From NCBI RefSeq assembly GCF_040938485.1, contig NW_027270912.1:1798001-1862000 (forward strand): a stretch of DNA of 64,000 bases, given 5' to 3'. The DNA is from Diadema antillarum. Taxonomy: Eukaryota. The notes beneath the pieces were generated by a model, which worked only from the letters and a program-made list of their open reading frames with translations, made no database searches and was not told the origin of the DNA. Positions 39,207-52,252 of this stretch are shown in pieces (position 1 is the stretch's first letter; the number at the start of each line of letters is the position of its first letter). A program made the position numbers and the translations under genes.

Positions 39207-42200
39207 TTAAAGGAAATGCCGACATCGAGAGAAGTAAGAAATGATCTTCTTGCTGGTTCCTCGTCTAACTTTCCATGCAGCCGGGTTACAAACATTGATT
39301 GAGCAACACTCATTGATGCACATGCAGTGTTTGAAGCATTTCTACAGAGAATGCCAACACGTGACATGATACACATTGACAACAAAGAGAGATGTGATAT
39401 TGAAACAAAATTGAACGAAACACTCCATACCAATACTTTTGACCGAAGTTATCGACAGCTACAGCCACTAAATCAATATGTATTGGCTCCCTCCCCCCCC
39501 CCTTCCGAGTTACGGAATCAGTATGATAGGAGATAATGCTATGTATACCCCTAGATCCCTCGGCTATGTGATGCTGTCTGTTCCGGCTTATCGTATGACA
39601 CGGAGTAGCCTCAATCTCTGAAATTAGGTTCCTGACGGAGCCTCGAAGCAGGCACGTTGATTTCGCGCTAAAACGTGCACGGTGTATTCATGCAGGCATG
39701 AGATGCGAGACACTGCATGTCAGAGGCAGTATTGCATATCAAGGGGACGAGCTTCCGTCTTAACGAATTCCGAGGATTTTCATTAAATTTAGTGAGATGT
39801 GGGTTTTATCACATCATCAGAGGCTCGGAAACAATGTCTTCTGGTCCCCCTCCACAAAGAGAAACGAGAAAAAGAGAAGAACGTTTTCAGGTTGTAAATG
39901 TAAAAGGGGAAACTCTGACTGTTAGGGGAGTGTCTCTGTGTAATCTGATTAAGGGTTGGCTATATACCGAGAACAGGGGGAATGGATTCTCAATGTTATG
40001 TTTCGCAGTTCTGCTAGACTTCATGTGCGTCATAACATTGTGATAATTTCCTTCCCTCCGCAGAGAGTGCAATATCGACTTCTATACATAGAAACTAGTT
40101 CGTGTTGGTTACACAAAGTCCCTGTCACCTCATCTGCGTGATATACGATTAATGGAGATTTTCTATTTCAGATGAAAAAAAAAACAGAGGAATTTAACAA
40201 GGCAAGATAGTTGAAATCCAAAGGCAACATGAGCTGGAGCCAAAAAGAAGCAAAAGAAGAGAAAGAAGAAGAAGAGGAGGAGGAAGGAAGAAAAAGAAGA
40301 AGAAGAAGAAGAAGAAGAGAAAAATGAAGAAGAAGAAAAAGAAGAAGTGGAAGAGGAGGCGGAGGAGGAGGAAGAAGAAGAATTAGAAACAGATTGACAA
40401 CATCAAACACCTACCGGGTCAAAACGAGATTGAACGCGTACGTGTCTATACACATTTATAATCTTCGTAATCACATTCCGCAGCGTCTTCACACCAATGG
40501 AGATGAAAGGATCGGATAGAGCTTTGCAGACAAAACATGACCCTGCGACCAAGACCGCACCCATCCGCCATGAGTTCTTTCTAATCCTCAAACATCCTTC
40601 CTGTCGCTATATCCTCCCCTACCTCCGGGAAGCTACAAAATACGAAGAAAAACAACAGAAAGGATTACACGACAAAGTGCATCTTCCTAACGAACTGTTG
40701 AGGAGAAAGAATGATTACGTAACAAATAAATAAAACACAAAAACTGTAAAAGTTTACAACCTATCATGCCCGAGAGGGAGAGGGACCGGAAGGTAGCAAA
40801 GTCATCATCTTCGAAAACTGATGCTGCTTTTATTGCGTGTATTCGCTATAATACATCACAAGAAGATATTATCTTCTTGTGACCAAAACGAATGATAGGC
40901 CCTATATTATGTCTCCTTCTGGCACAACGTCTGGGAAGGCAATTTTCCAGCATGATGTAGCCACACTATCCTCCGTTAGGTCAGTAGATGAGTGGATTGA
41001 ATGCGTGCTTGTAACCGTTTCACGTCCAATCTCAATGTCTCACCAGCTTTGTAAGAACTAATGTTGCCATGACTGCAGATGAGGAGATGTAAATGTATGC
41101 AAACAAGTCTTGTGAAGGCCAACTAGCTCCTCATCAGCCGGGTGATGACATTTATTGCATGTGTTTTTCATAGAAATCTTCTTTATTTTTTTGCTATGTT
41201 AACCCTTGTCTGCATGCATGCGATGGCGTTTTTTACCAGGAATGCGAGGGCGCGCTGCATTTCACGTGTCAACATATTGTGATATTAATAATACGGACTG
41301 CAGGGGGCGCTGTTTTTTTACAGCGTTAACGAACTCTATCAGTGGTTGGCTCTCACCAAGGAGGTATCACACACTTCCCTTGGTCTCATGAAACCACACA
41401 TGTATACCGCCGCTTATAATGCGTTAAAACCTGTACAATAATTCGCACGTGACCTTCGCCTCATACACAGACTCGTAAAGACAATGTGCCAGCTATATAG
41501 ATAAGTCGTCTACACACTCATACACACTTACCAGCCTGTACGTCTACCTCAGACGACAACCATTGTTATATACTCCCTTCGCGAAGATAATGATGATAAT
41601 AGCCATAGAATTTATGATGCGACATGTTGCGTCAACTGCAAGCTGCTTAAGACATAGCGGGAGAGTATATCTACACGCAGCTGACGAAAGCTTTTAAAAA
41701 AGAGACAGAGCAGAGAGAATTAATGACTCGACGCAAACACCTTGTTGGCAAATGAGAGATTGGGGAGATATATCATCTCTCTCGCAATATATATCACTTG
41801 GACGTTCGCAGAAATCACACGTGAATCTATCACTTCACTATCATATCATAATATGATCCATCTTACATCTCCCTTGAGACATTCTTGAGGGATAAACTGT
41901 CTGCATTGATATCGCGCCGACTGCATGAATCATCGCAGACACTGACAATCAATATTCTCAGTGTCATTGTTGGTGGTATCAAAATCGTCATTGTCAACAT
42001 TGTTTTCGTGAGAAAAATTATGAGGATGAAGCAAAACGATATCTCATCATGCTAATATCATATCCTAATTATTTTCATGCTATAAACTGATTGCAGATGA
42101 CTGTTGAGCAATCGGGTAGTGAAAGTAGGAAAAATAAATATCTAGTACACATATTTATACAGGGCCGGCATTTATTTGACCGAAAGATCAGTCTGTATTT

Positions 42201-42764
42201 GGTCGTTGGGGATATGTTCCGCGGAGATTGTGTCTAGTGTCACGGACGGAGGAGAGCGATAACATAAAAAAATAAAAGACTCCTCCATACAGACGGATCT
42301 TTCTGTCCAGGCTTTTATGTGACATCAGTTTACTTAATTTCGAGATCTGCCTGGTTTTTAGTTGGCCTTTTGAGGTACTAGGTGTAAATGGTGTATTTGT
42401 TTGCATGGCTACTTTTACAAATCACAGCAGTAGACACAAGGATATTAAACTTCTGTACACCTGTGATTGTTGAAAATGAAGGTGAAAGTATGCTGCTAAG
42501 TTGTCTGAATGACGATGTGAAACATGCACAGGGCACTCTCTATTTTGACCTCTAATTCTAAATGAGATATAGTTGACTATGGTACAGACTTCTAGTTTTA
42601 CAATTTGTGATTGTAGGATGTCGGTACTCTGCTCTGCTCAAGCATCATTTTTTTTTTTTGGGGGGGGGGGTTGCAATAGTTTGACAGATACCTCCATGAA
42701 GTCATTCTGATGTTACAATTGCTATTCATTTTGTACCCAAAATTACACCAATTCCACTTTATAA

Positions 42765-43142
42765 AGAGATGATATAGTTTTGGTTGAGATGGGACTTCAG
42801 GTTTTAATTTTTTGTGTGTTTGAGATTTGAAATCTCTTTTGAAAGAGCATGCAATCTTATGAGGAAATCAAACTTTGGATGAAAATTCGTTTTGAAATGG
42901 CTGAGATATCAAAAAAAACAGAGATGTCCTTATAAAGGGTGGGACCTACCTTTTATTCGGACCATTTTGTTTTACTATTGTTTTTTTTTTATATCTAAGC
43001 CGTTTCAAAACCGATTTTCATCAAATCATCTTTGAATTCCCTTTTTAAGTTGTATGTTCTTTAATATTGTACAAGTGGTGTGTAATTGTCTCACAAAAAG
43101 TTAAATCTAAATCCCCATCTCAACCAATATTATACCATCCTT
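42765..43142. mobile_element. Kolobok-like family K1 copy 3
   Basis: agagatgatatagtttttggttgagatggga ... ccccatctcaaccaatattataccatcc. Confidence 0.75.
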
Positions 43143-43510
43143 TTGAATGACAGGCATTTAAACTTTTCTTGACTATCTTGACCATGCTTACTTACAGCAT
43201 GTCTATCGAATATAATCTTGTAATCATTCTTTAGATAGCAGATCCGGATGCCAGTTTCTTAACACAAATTGATTGATGAATGATTACACATTCATATTCT
43301 TTAACAAAAGTTGAGGAGTTTCATACAATATACATATTATGATTTGATAACCAAAACCTCTGCCTTCAATGTCTTTAGATGTGGAATGACTTTGAAATAG
43401 ATTTCAAGTTGTTTTAGTTTTTTTTCACATACATGTGGACTTTTATTTGCATGTTTTCCCTTGTAAACACTTTCTCTGATCAATTTTTATCGACTGTATT
43501 GTCATTACAG

Positions 43511-43740
43511 CAAGGACAAAGATAGAGCAAAGCCAAAGGATCAATGGAAGAAGAAGAAAGAGAATGCATCTAAAGTGACAGAGCGGGAAGTGCCCCAGTA
43601 CTCTTCGGCTCTCTTCTTCAAGTATAACACTCAGCTTGGACCTCCATACTATGTCATTGTGGACACAAACTTTGTCAACTTCTCCATCAAGAATAAGATC
43701 GATTTAGTGCAAGGCATGATGGATTGCCTCTATGCAAAGT
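43511..43740 (+). CDS. FCF1: FCF1/UTP24 rRNA-processing PIN nuclease, first identified (internal) exon
   Basis: Acceptor ttacag at 43510, donor gtaagg at 43741. Encodes KDKDRAKPK...EREVPQYSSALFFKYNTQLGPPYYVIVDTNFVNFSIKNKIDLVQGMMDCLYAK, the FCF1 signature. Confidence 0.95.
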
Positions 43741-44546
43741 GTAAGGATCTAATCCAGTTTTGTTTCCAAGAAACCGACAATTTGTTGTGCGAGCCTGTAC
43801 TGCATGCTTGCAGTTATGATGGCTTGTACCATTTCTTTTTTCATAAGGAGCCACAAATGGCAACTGACTCTTCCCTCAATTGGGTAAATGATTATTGTCA
43901 TTTTTTTTTCTGCTAGGGCAAGTGCAACTTTCAGATGAATAATAACTTTGCTGTAGCAGTGATAGGGACATCTTTCTATTGAGTATTCTAAAAAATTCTG
44001 TATTTCATCTACTTTCGTTTCCTGCAGTCCAATTCTATAGGGGGTCAGTATTATTATCGTCAAGTGCATGTATGCTATATTCACATTGGCTGATATAAAT
44101 CCCAGTATGATCTGTTGATTTTGTGACGAGGATGAAGAAGATTTTTGTAATTTCAAGTATGTTTTCAAAAATTTAAGAGAAAGATGAAAGTAGTAAACTT
44201 ACTAACATTGATTTATGCTGAAGACCAATATTTGCACCAATATTAGATTCTCCCACACTTCCGTGGTGCTAGAAGCTCTCAGATATACATGTATACTGTA
44301 AATTTACAAACATGGGCTTGCGTTAAATTGTAATGATTATGTTGGATTTCAGGACTTCTTTCAACTTTTAAAGTTATTGTTGCTATGTGATCTTTTCATG
44401 ATCAGATTTTTCTTCATGATCAATTCAGTAACAGTTTTATACAATGGGGCCTATGTTTGCTCATCAGGCATGTGCAGTGTCTGTCATCAAATGTCACAGT
44501 AATATTCACGATCATCCCATTTTTACTCTTGGTAAATGTTGCTCAG

Positions 44547-44707
44547 GCATACCCTGCATCACTGACTGCGTGATGGGGGAGATTGAAAAGCTGGGCAAGA
44601 AATACAACATCGCCCTCAGGACGGTAAAGGATCCCAGGATAGAGCGGCTCCCTTGCATGCACGCCGGAACGTACGCTGATGACTGCATCGTACAGAGAGT
44701 GACACAG
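44547..44707 (+). CDS. FCF1: FCF1 exon
   Basis: ctcag acceptor, gtgagt donor, phase matches the previous exon. Encodes [54 protein letters not shown]. Confidence 0.95.
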
Positions 44708-45836
44708 GTGAGTGTACACTCGAGGCCGTCCAATTTTCGACATCTGGTATGGGCACGATCACATGCGCATTTGATTGCCACAAGATTTTTCACCGCCTAA
44801 AAGTGCAATTCCACCCCCCCCCCCCAAAAAAAAGTCTCTGTAGTGGACAAAATATGTTATTTTGGGTTACCGACTCCAGTTTTTTTAATCGTTCATCCTC
44901 ATTTCTCCCTTTTCTATGAAACTGTGCCTCCCAACTTTGTCTTAATTTAATCACTTTTTGAATGGGTCATCAGCAGGATGGTCCAATTTTACAAATTAAG
45001 ATATGATTTTAAAACTTAGAGTTTACTCTTTTGTTATGGAGAAAAGTGGAAAATAATTCTGGCCTACTTTTTGTGAGTTTTGAGCTAAGTGTTTACTTAT
45101 TTTTTTCTTTGACTATGTCCATTTAAGAAGAAACTTCTTCTTTCCTACTGAGGGATTTAACTCTATTAAAGTTAACTTGCACATGGAGTTGTACTTTAAA
45201 CCTCAACACATCAAGCAGAATACATCTGGACATCTGGGATAATGTATCTGTGAGTAAAGGGGCATTGTGGCAAAAGAGCAGTAGACTTGCATATTAAATT
45301 GCCATGCTGGCTCTAGGTCCATGAATGTAGTGGTTTAAGTAAATTTGTGCCAGTGAAGCTTTTAAAATTCTCATTTTGTATTTGTACATCATTGTAGAAG
45401 ATGTCTCAACCCCTGTACTTGCCTAATGTCAGTTTTGCTGATGCTCTTTAACTTAGTTTGTTTATTTGTTTGTTTGTTTGTATGTTTGATTTAATTTTGT
45501 CTCCCATCATGTGATTTTGACCATGAAAAGAATGAAACAATGATGAAAAGTGCTCAGAAATATCTAAATGGAATAAATGGCTACCAGAATATGCTTGTTG
45601 TCCATTTAGTGATGCACCATAGGTAATGTTTTTTAGTACTTGCATGTGATGTTTGCTCATAATCCCTTTTCTGTGTGTGCATGTGTGTATGTGTGTGTAG
45701 CTCGTTTTGTGAAGAAAGGGCTATGGTAGGCTTGGTTAGTGCCAGCCAGTGCATGTTCTCTCAAACACTGAGATAAGTATTTGCACCCGAGACTGACACA
45801 ACTGATTTTGTGTCTTCTTTTCTGTATTTGCTACAG

Positions 45837-45931
45837 CACAAATGCTACATCGTGGCAACCTGCGACAGGGATCTGAAGCGAAGGATACGAAAGATTCCTG
45901 GTGTACCCATCATGTACCTCTCCCAACACAG
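45837..45931 (+). CDS. FCF1: FCF1 exon
   Basis: ctacag acceptor, gtaagt donor. Encodes [31 protein letters not shown](R). Confidence 0.95.
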
Positions 45932-45970
45932 GTAAGTCCGTGGTGCAGTTTTCAGGAGAAAAGCGTGATA

Positions 45971-46495
45971 CAGTGCACTCCCGTTATAACGAAATGCTCG
46001 GGACCAGCAGTTTTCTTTCGTTATAACGAAATTTCGTTATAACCGAACAAATACAATATATAACGAAAACAAGGAACCACGTATATATATCATATTATGT
46101 TTGCTGAATACTCATCATACACTGGAAAGCTATGTGAAATGTGATGGGATAACTGTATACAATAATTAAAGCAAGTTCCCCTCAGAAACTGTGTGTGACA
46201 CAAGGAGCGAACTCACAGTGGTGTCACTCATGCAGAGACGCTATAAATGCTTGTTCCGCTACGTATTTTCGAAAGCAATTCGCATTTCGTTATAATGGAG
46301 CACATTTCTTTTGTTTTTCTTTGTCTGTGGCGCTCGGAAAAGACTTCGTTATAACAGAAATTTCGCTATAACCGTGTTCGTTATAAGCGAATATTGTACC
46401 ATAGACTTTAATGGTGATAATTTTGGGACCAGAAGATTTACTTCGTTACAACGAAATTTCGTTATAACTGTGTTCGTTGTAACGGGAGTGCACTG
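45971..46495. mobile_element. Tc1/mariner (pogo/Tigger-like) MITE in an FCF1 intron
   Basis: TA|cagtgcactcccgttataacgaa ... ttcgttgtaacgggagtgcactg|TA, with cgttataacgaa subterminal repeats. Confidence 0.85.
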
Positions 46496-47157
46496 TATCT
46501 TGGATAATACATTGTACTTATTTTTTATTCTTCGTGCTGAGCTCAGTATTATTTGTCCTAAATTTTGTATTAAAAAAAAAAAAAGATAACAGATGTCCCA
46601 TGTTCATTTCAAAGAAATATGCCAGCTTTATAGCAACCTCTGACTTTTGCATACCTGTGCAGGGTGCCTGTAATTAAAGTGTTCATTCAGCGCATGACAG
46701 TGTATATGTTCAGACTCATAGAATAAAACTTGAATGGAATTGAAACATAATTTTTCTGTCTTCATCTTTATATTCGCACCAGTGCCATACTCTGCAAGTT
46801 GTAGAAAAATGGTCACACCACAAACTATTGCATGTATACACTTATAAATTCTGTGCTGTCAGCTTGAGCCTGGAACAATACTCATATTGACACAGTGCCA
46901 TGACTGAAAGCAACCTGCTCTCACACTCATGGAAAGAAATTACCAATGGCTCTACATCAACAGATGAATGTTTGAAATTCATTTTATGATCAATATCATT
47001 TAATATCGCTTTTATGATTGACATAATCATGCAGTGTAGGGAAGCAAAAAGAGGAATTCGAGCATCAGATGAAAGAGAGTATGGTGTTGGGTTCGGGAAA
47101 GGGACACAGATACAATGATGAATTACCTGCTTCCTTCCTGGCTTTGTTTCATTTCAG

Positions 47158-47206
47158 ATATACGATAGAAAGGATGCCTGATGCATTCGGTGCTCCACGT
47201 GTATGA
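47158..47206 (+). CDS. FCF1: FCF1 last coding exon
   Basis: tttcag acceptor, phase matches. Encodes (R)YTIERMPDAFGAPRV-stop, resembling the FCF1 C-terminus RYNIERMPDDYGAPRF. Confidence 0.93.
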
Positions 47207-48022
47207 TGTCAGTCTTTTGGAGTGAATGAACTATGCATGGAAGTCGAGGACTTGAACATTTGTCATGCAGTCTGGAAGCGGTTGATGGCTTGTCTGCAGG
47301 GCAATGGATCTACGAGGATTTGCAGCCATTTCATTGTGACACATTCATCACGAAGTTTGATGTACACCATCTAAATTAGTCTTGCTATCCAAATTGTTGG
47401 ATGCTCATCACGCTGCATTCACGAAAAAAAAAAAGTACCATTCCATGCTTTTACTGTTGAGTTTGGTTAGCGAATGATGATGTCACCAATCGTGTACGAT
47501 CCTTATAGGGACAAGGGACGTTGTGACGGTAATGTGACTGACAGTCTGGAGTTGTATACACTGAGCCACAACGGCTCCTGATCTTGCAGTTTCATAGATT
47601 CAGTGTTATCATTCTTAGGCCTTTGGCATGGACCATGCCTATGAAAATCCAAGGTGCATTCACAAAAAGTAAAATGATTGGTCACCATTTGCACAATGGA
47701 CCAAAGTTTGGGAGATGTTTCCAAAGCCATTGCATTTGTGTGTGTATACTGTACAGTGGATGGAAGCCAGCCAGTGCATTCACCAGCCTGCACAGACTGG
47801 TAATGTTGATGATAACAGAAAATGGATATGTAAAAGTGACTTTCATTCTGAGGGTGGTTTTCAGTCTGCCAACCATTGACACTTGATGCAAGAATGTAGA
47901 AACATGAAAAAGTTTGGGCCATTCTAGTAGTTTATTAATGAAAAACAAACAAACAGCTGAAGGTTATACATTCTGGAATAGATGATCATTGGTGTGCACA
48001 GAGACCCTGAGATAGTAGAAGT

Positions 48023-48481
48023 AAACTAGAAAGGCACTCAGAGAGCACAGACTTCTGCCAAGCAACTCATTTCCACCCATACACACATGCTGATAATCAC
48101 CTTTATTTTCCTATGATAAGGAAGCCTTTCTGTTGTGTCTCGGCAGACTCTACCTCACAAGCAGCTAGCTGCACACTGTGCTCCCTGTACCTCAAGCGAG
48201 CACTCAGTGCACGTATATGCACACCTCAAATTCATGCCGCTCGAACTCATTTGTCGGCCCTATTTGCCAATAAATCATTAAAAAAACTTGAAAAAGGTAT
48301 CCTGGATCCAGACAGTCGCCTGGATCACTAACAAACTTTAATCATCTTTTCCTTTTGTCATTATCAACTTTTTGTGTAAGTTTCATCTAAATCAGTTCGC
48401 AACTTTTTAAGTAATTTTACAAACAGACAGACAGACAAACCAACGCCGACAAAAACATAACTTCCTTGGCAGAGGTAATAA
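48023..48481 (-). mobile_element. Helentron-associated (HINE/DINE-1-like) element, copy 1
   Basis: On the minus strand: 5' TTATTACCTCTGCCAAGGAAG, a (GTCT)n microsatellite, an inverted CTTGGCAGAAG near the 3' end, a GCAC...GTGC hairpin and terminal CTAGT. Confidence 0.65.
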
Positions 48482-49047
48482 GTAGGTTTTTTTTTTGCAT
48501 TTTTGTGCGTTGTTTAATGACAGTAGCTGCACTAGTAAATTCTTACCACCTGCTGAGTCCATGTAATTCCACCATACTTGCACAAACTGTATGTGTAACC
48601 TGTGCTGTGCTTGTACATTCTTCTTTGCCTTTATCATATACAATTCTTTTGTGCACTTCATGAGATTAATGGTACACTGGATAACCACATTGCCAAATAC
48701 ATGTACAATTATCATGAAAAACAGCATCGACACTAACAGCTGTTGGTACAATGTTGATTTTTGTGATTTTGATAAGGTTGTAAGAAGGGTGATGTGAGCT
48801 ATCATAGGATATTGTAAAACTTCAAGGAAAATCATGAGCTCTGTTTGCAAACCCAGATGGTTGCTTTATGGAAGGTGATAAACACATGACTTTTCTGGAG
48901 AGGAGGTTGTTGTGGCCATCATACAGCAGGTGGTTGCTATACACAGATGTGACTTTACATGAAATGAATGACTGCTGTCCAAGCCAGAGCATCTTACACT
49001 ATAATAAATACAAAAACAGTATCCCCTGGCTGCCAAACATCCATGCC

Positions 49048-49200
49048 TTAGGTCTTTTCAGTTCTTTCATGTATTGTGAGTTCCTTGTAGCCTGTTTCTT
49101 GGTCCAGACTGCGGTCAAACTCCAGCTGGGGTAGTTCACCAATGACTATTTCTGCTGTGGTGAAGACTACAGCATCACTCACCAGGTGGCCTCCAACCGT
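49048..49200 (-). CDS. PPC/DUF296 domain protein, last coding exon
   Basis: Minus-strand acceptor tttcag, phase 0. Encodes TVGGHLVSDAVVFTTAEIVIGELPQLEFDRSLDQETGYKELTIHERTEKT-stop; GGHL, FTTAE and TGYxEL are DUF296 motifs. Not in the supplied ORF track. Confidence 0.9.
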   Translation of the reverse strand, partial: TVGGHLVSDAVVFTTAEIVIGELPQLEFDRSLDQETGYKELTIHERTEKT

Positions 49201-49270
49201 CTGAAAAGACACAATGTTTCAGCAAGCACTTATTTTACTATATATTGTTTTCGGCACATGACTGTGTTAA

Positions 49271-50260
49271 AGGAGAATAAAACCCCAAAATAATGGTATG
49301 TAAATTGAGGGAATACAGCAATATCCATAGGAGACATTGGTGAATGTTTGAGGAAAATTGGACAAGCCGTTGAAGTTTTGGAGCTGCCAGCACTGGATGA
49401 GAAGACTCCAACACTTTGTGACTTTATGAATCGAAAATGATGTAAATGAAATGTTATTACAAAAAATCAACACCCCCCATCACTTTTATAGCAGAATGAA
49501 AGAGAACTTCACTTACCTCTTTCTGAAAACAGGAGGAACTAGAAAAGCACTCTGAGAGGGCAGACCTCCGCCAAACATGCAGCTCATTTCCACCCATACG
49601 TACTTATATAGCATTGTGTGCTGAAAGTCGCCCGATTTCCCAATATAGGAGCCTTTGATACGTCATACACCCTCAGCTGCACGGCGCACCTCGCCCTAGC
49701 AGAAACTAGAGCACGCACTTCAGTGCGTGCATGCAAACCTCAAATACGCGCAGCCTGAACTCGCAAGTTCATTGATCCTACCTGCCAAAATATAAAAAAT
49801 CCTTCATAAATTCCCCCAAAATTCTCGGATCACTACCAAAAGTTAATCGTTTGATACTTGTGTCTTTTTCAACCTTTCCTGCAAGTTTCATCCCAATCCG
49901 TTAACTATTTGAGTTATTTTGCACACGGACAAACTAACAAACAAACCAACGGTAACGAAAACATAACCTCCTCCCTTGGTGGAGGTAATAATATTCCCAC
50001 TAACATGTTCATATGTCAGTGACAAGAGGAGGGAATGTGTCATTTTATTTTCATTTTTAAATGACATTTTTGGAATTCTTACTGTATACTTTTTACAATA
50101 TGCGACATCACAAAATGATCTACCAGTAGTCTTCATATCCAGTGATGGCTGCACCAAAAATTTAAAAATTTGTAACCTTTCAACAATGGATAATCCAACT
50201 TTCCTCAAACTTTTAGTGAAATATATGAAGTTGATGCTACATATCGGGGAATATTTTGGT
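49271..50260. mobile_element. Kolobok-like family K2 copy, interrupted by HINE copy 2
   Basis: ttaa|aggagaataaaacccc left end. K2 internal motifs lie on both sides of 49537-49991. Right boundary approximate. Confidence 0.55.
49537..49991 (-). mobile_element. Helentron-associated (HINE-like) element, copy 2
   Basis: Collinear with 48023-48481 (actagaaa-gcactc ... aaaacataacctcc...ttggtggaggtaata), same orientation. Confidence 0.65.
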
Positions 50261-51011
50261 GAAAGAGGATGAGTGAAAAAAAAAGTTGGAATAGTTGGAT
50301 GTGAACATACACACCTTGTGAAGTATAAATGGACTTGAGAAGCTTTTCCCCAACAAAGAGTAAAACCTGCAGTCATTCCTGCAGAAGTCAAGCCATTGCT
50401 GACTTTCTAAAAGGGGGGGGGGGGGGGGGAGGGTTTGACTTGAGCATAATGTGCCTACAAGATGCATACTTACTTAGAGCTTAATCAAGATATACACAAA
50501 GCCTGGGCTTATTTCAATGTCTTCTACTCGCATAAGCCGTGTAAGCTTGACTTTGTTCAGATGGAGAACAAAAAATTTGGATGACTATTTTTAAACTATA
50601 AGTAACAGAAAAGACAGATCTCCTAGGACCACTTGGTTTGAAGTTTTTGCTTTGTAACTGTTAAAGACCTGTTGAAATGTATCAGTATGTGATGATATTA
50701 AATAAAGACTCATATTATAAAGAGTTTTCCCAAATATGATTCCTATTCATCAGTTCTTTGTTTGTTTTCAAAGTTTTCCCTTATTTTGCCTAACTAAGTC
50801 TGTGTATCAATAACACCTTTTTTTGTTAACATAGCACTGTGAGTACAGCTCAACACGGACTTAGAGAGGAAAATATGCAAGGTAACATGATTATATTTCT
50901 CCTTGAAAAGAGAAACTGTGTCAAAAAGTATGGGACTCAAACTCATACATTGCAGATTCATCGACAGTGCCTGAAGATAAATAATTCGCTTTCAGTTTCT
51001 GAAGACCTCAC

Positions 51012-51110
51012 CTTTCCTTTATCATCCGACAAGCAAACATGGAGATGGCCTCCAGCAGAGAGGCTTCCCACAAGAGAGACGATCTCGTGGTTGGTTTCTA
51101 CATGGATAAT
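51012..51110 (-). CDS. PPC/DUF296 domain protein, middle coding exon
   Basis: ttccag acceptor, gtgagg donor, 99 nt, phase 0/0. Encodes IIHVETNHEIVSLVGSLSAGGHLHVCLSDDKGK (EIVSLxG and HLH motifs). Confidence 0.9.
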
Positions 51111-51757
51111 CTGGAAAGAGATAGTTCCAATACATAAGGCTGGTTGTTTTGTTTTGTTTTCCAACAGGGAACAGATTTTCCCATGTGTCTTGATGTAATT
51201 TCACTACCATTTCTCAACAAAATATCTGTAGTGCTTGCTCTTTATATAAATGCACAGCATACAGTGTATACTTAACTATATTCTGATTCTCACATATCTA
51301 CAAAATGAATAGAGGAATTCTAAATTCTAGTCACTTCTATAGCTATTATAGCTTTTTGTTTTTTTTTCAGACCTCTATCACATGTACACGGCAAAGCCCC
51401 CTCAAACAGCATAAGAACCGAAAAATTAATACATGTATTAGGAAAAGAAAAGAGAAATAAAATCGCATTAGAACAGACTTGTGGACTATGTGGTACGTGT
51501 CTATTTGTGATTACAGGTATGTATGTTTTTGTGTCTCCATGATATTCATTTGGTGTGGCTGTAGCATAACTAGTTTGGGCCCAAGGATTACTTTGACATA
51601 TGATTAAGAAAAAAAAAAATGCTGAAAATTGTTGTCACATTCAAATATACTAAAGCACACTTATATCTAGCTCTTGTCAGATTGATGTAGTTCTTAATGA
51701 TACATTTGGTTGTGTGTGTGTGTGTGTGTGTGAATATATTCATGTTTTTCATATTAT

Positions 51758-52060
51758 CAGAGACTCCAACCTCAAGCACCTTCTGATCTGGAGATTCTCC
51801 CGCCCGAAACCCCTAGCAAACGGGAGACTCCAAGATGATGTGTGCAAAGCGCGAAGTTCCTAGGATTCTAGATGTTCTCTAGTGCTATCTAAGGCTTATT
51901 TTTTCAACATACAATAGAAATAAGTAAGAAATCCTTTCCACCGGGAGACACAGAGCCAGGGCGGGAGAAATGAAATCTCAAACGGGAGAACGGGAGATTG
52001 TGCAAAAATGGGCTTTCGGCGGGAGATCTCCCGTCGAAAACGGGAGAGTTGGAGTCTCTG
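51758..52060. mobile_element. hAT-like 303-bp MITE, copy 2, 6-bp TSD TATTAT
   Basis: cagagactccaac / gttggagtctctg 13-bp TIR. tattat at 51752-51757 and 52061-52066. Confidence 0.88.
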
Positions 52061-52210
52061 TATTATATACTGTAGTCACTAGAGAAGAAATGCTATCACA
52101 AAACGTACTTTGTTGATTGCTATCTTGATCTCAAAGTACTGATACATTTTTTATAATATATAGTATATAAACAGTTGTATGTATATATAAATAAATAAAT
52201 AAATAAATAA

Positions 52211-52252
<42 letters not shown>

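Noticed and set aside
39173-39536. Protein-like ORFs on both strands
   Set aside because: No recognisable domain, stops in the alternative frames and no partner exons; it may be a decayed TE fragment but I cannot support that.
42188-42406. Minus-strand ORF with KGQLKTR...MSHK, vaguely like the FCF1 N-terminus
   Set aside because: Wrong strand, weak similarity and no splice support.
43741-47157. Possible intronic snoRNAs in FCF1 (ATGATGA near 45540)
   Set aside because: No D box at a suitable distance and no terminal stem; no H/ACA fold recognised.
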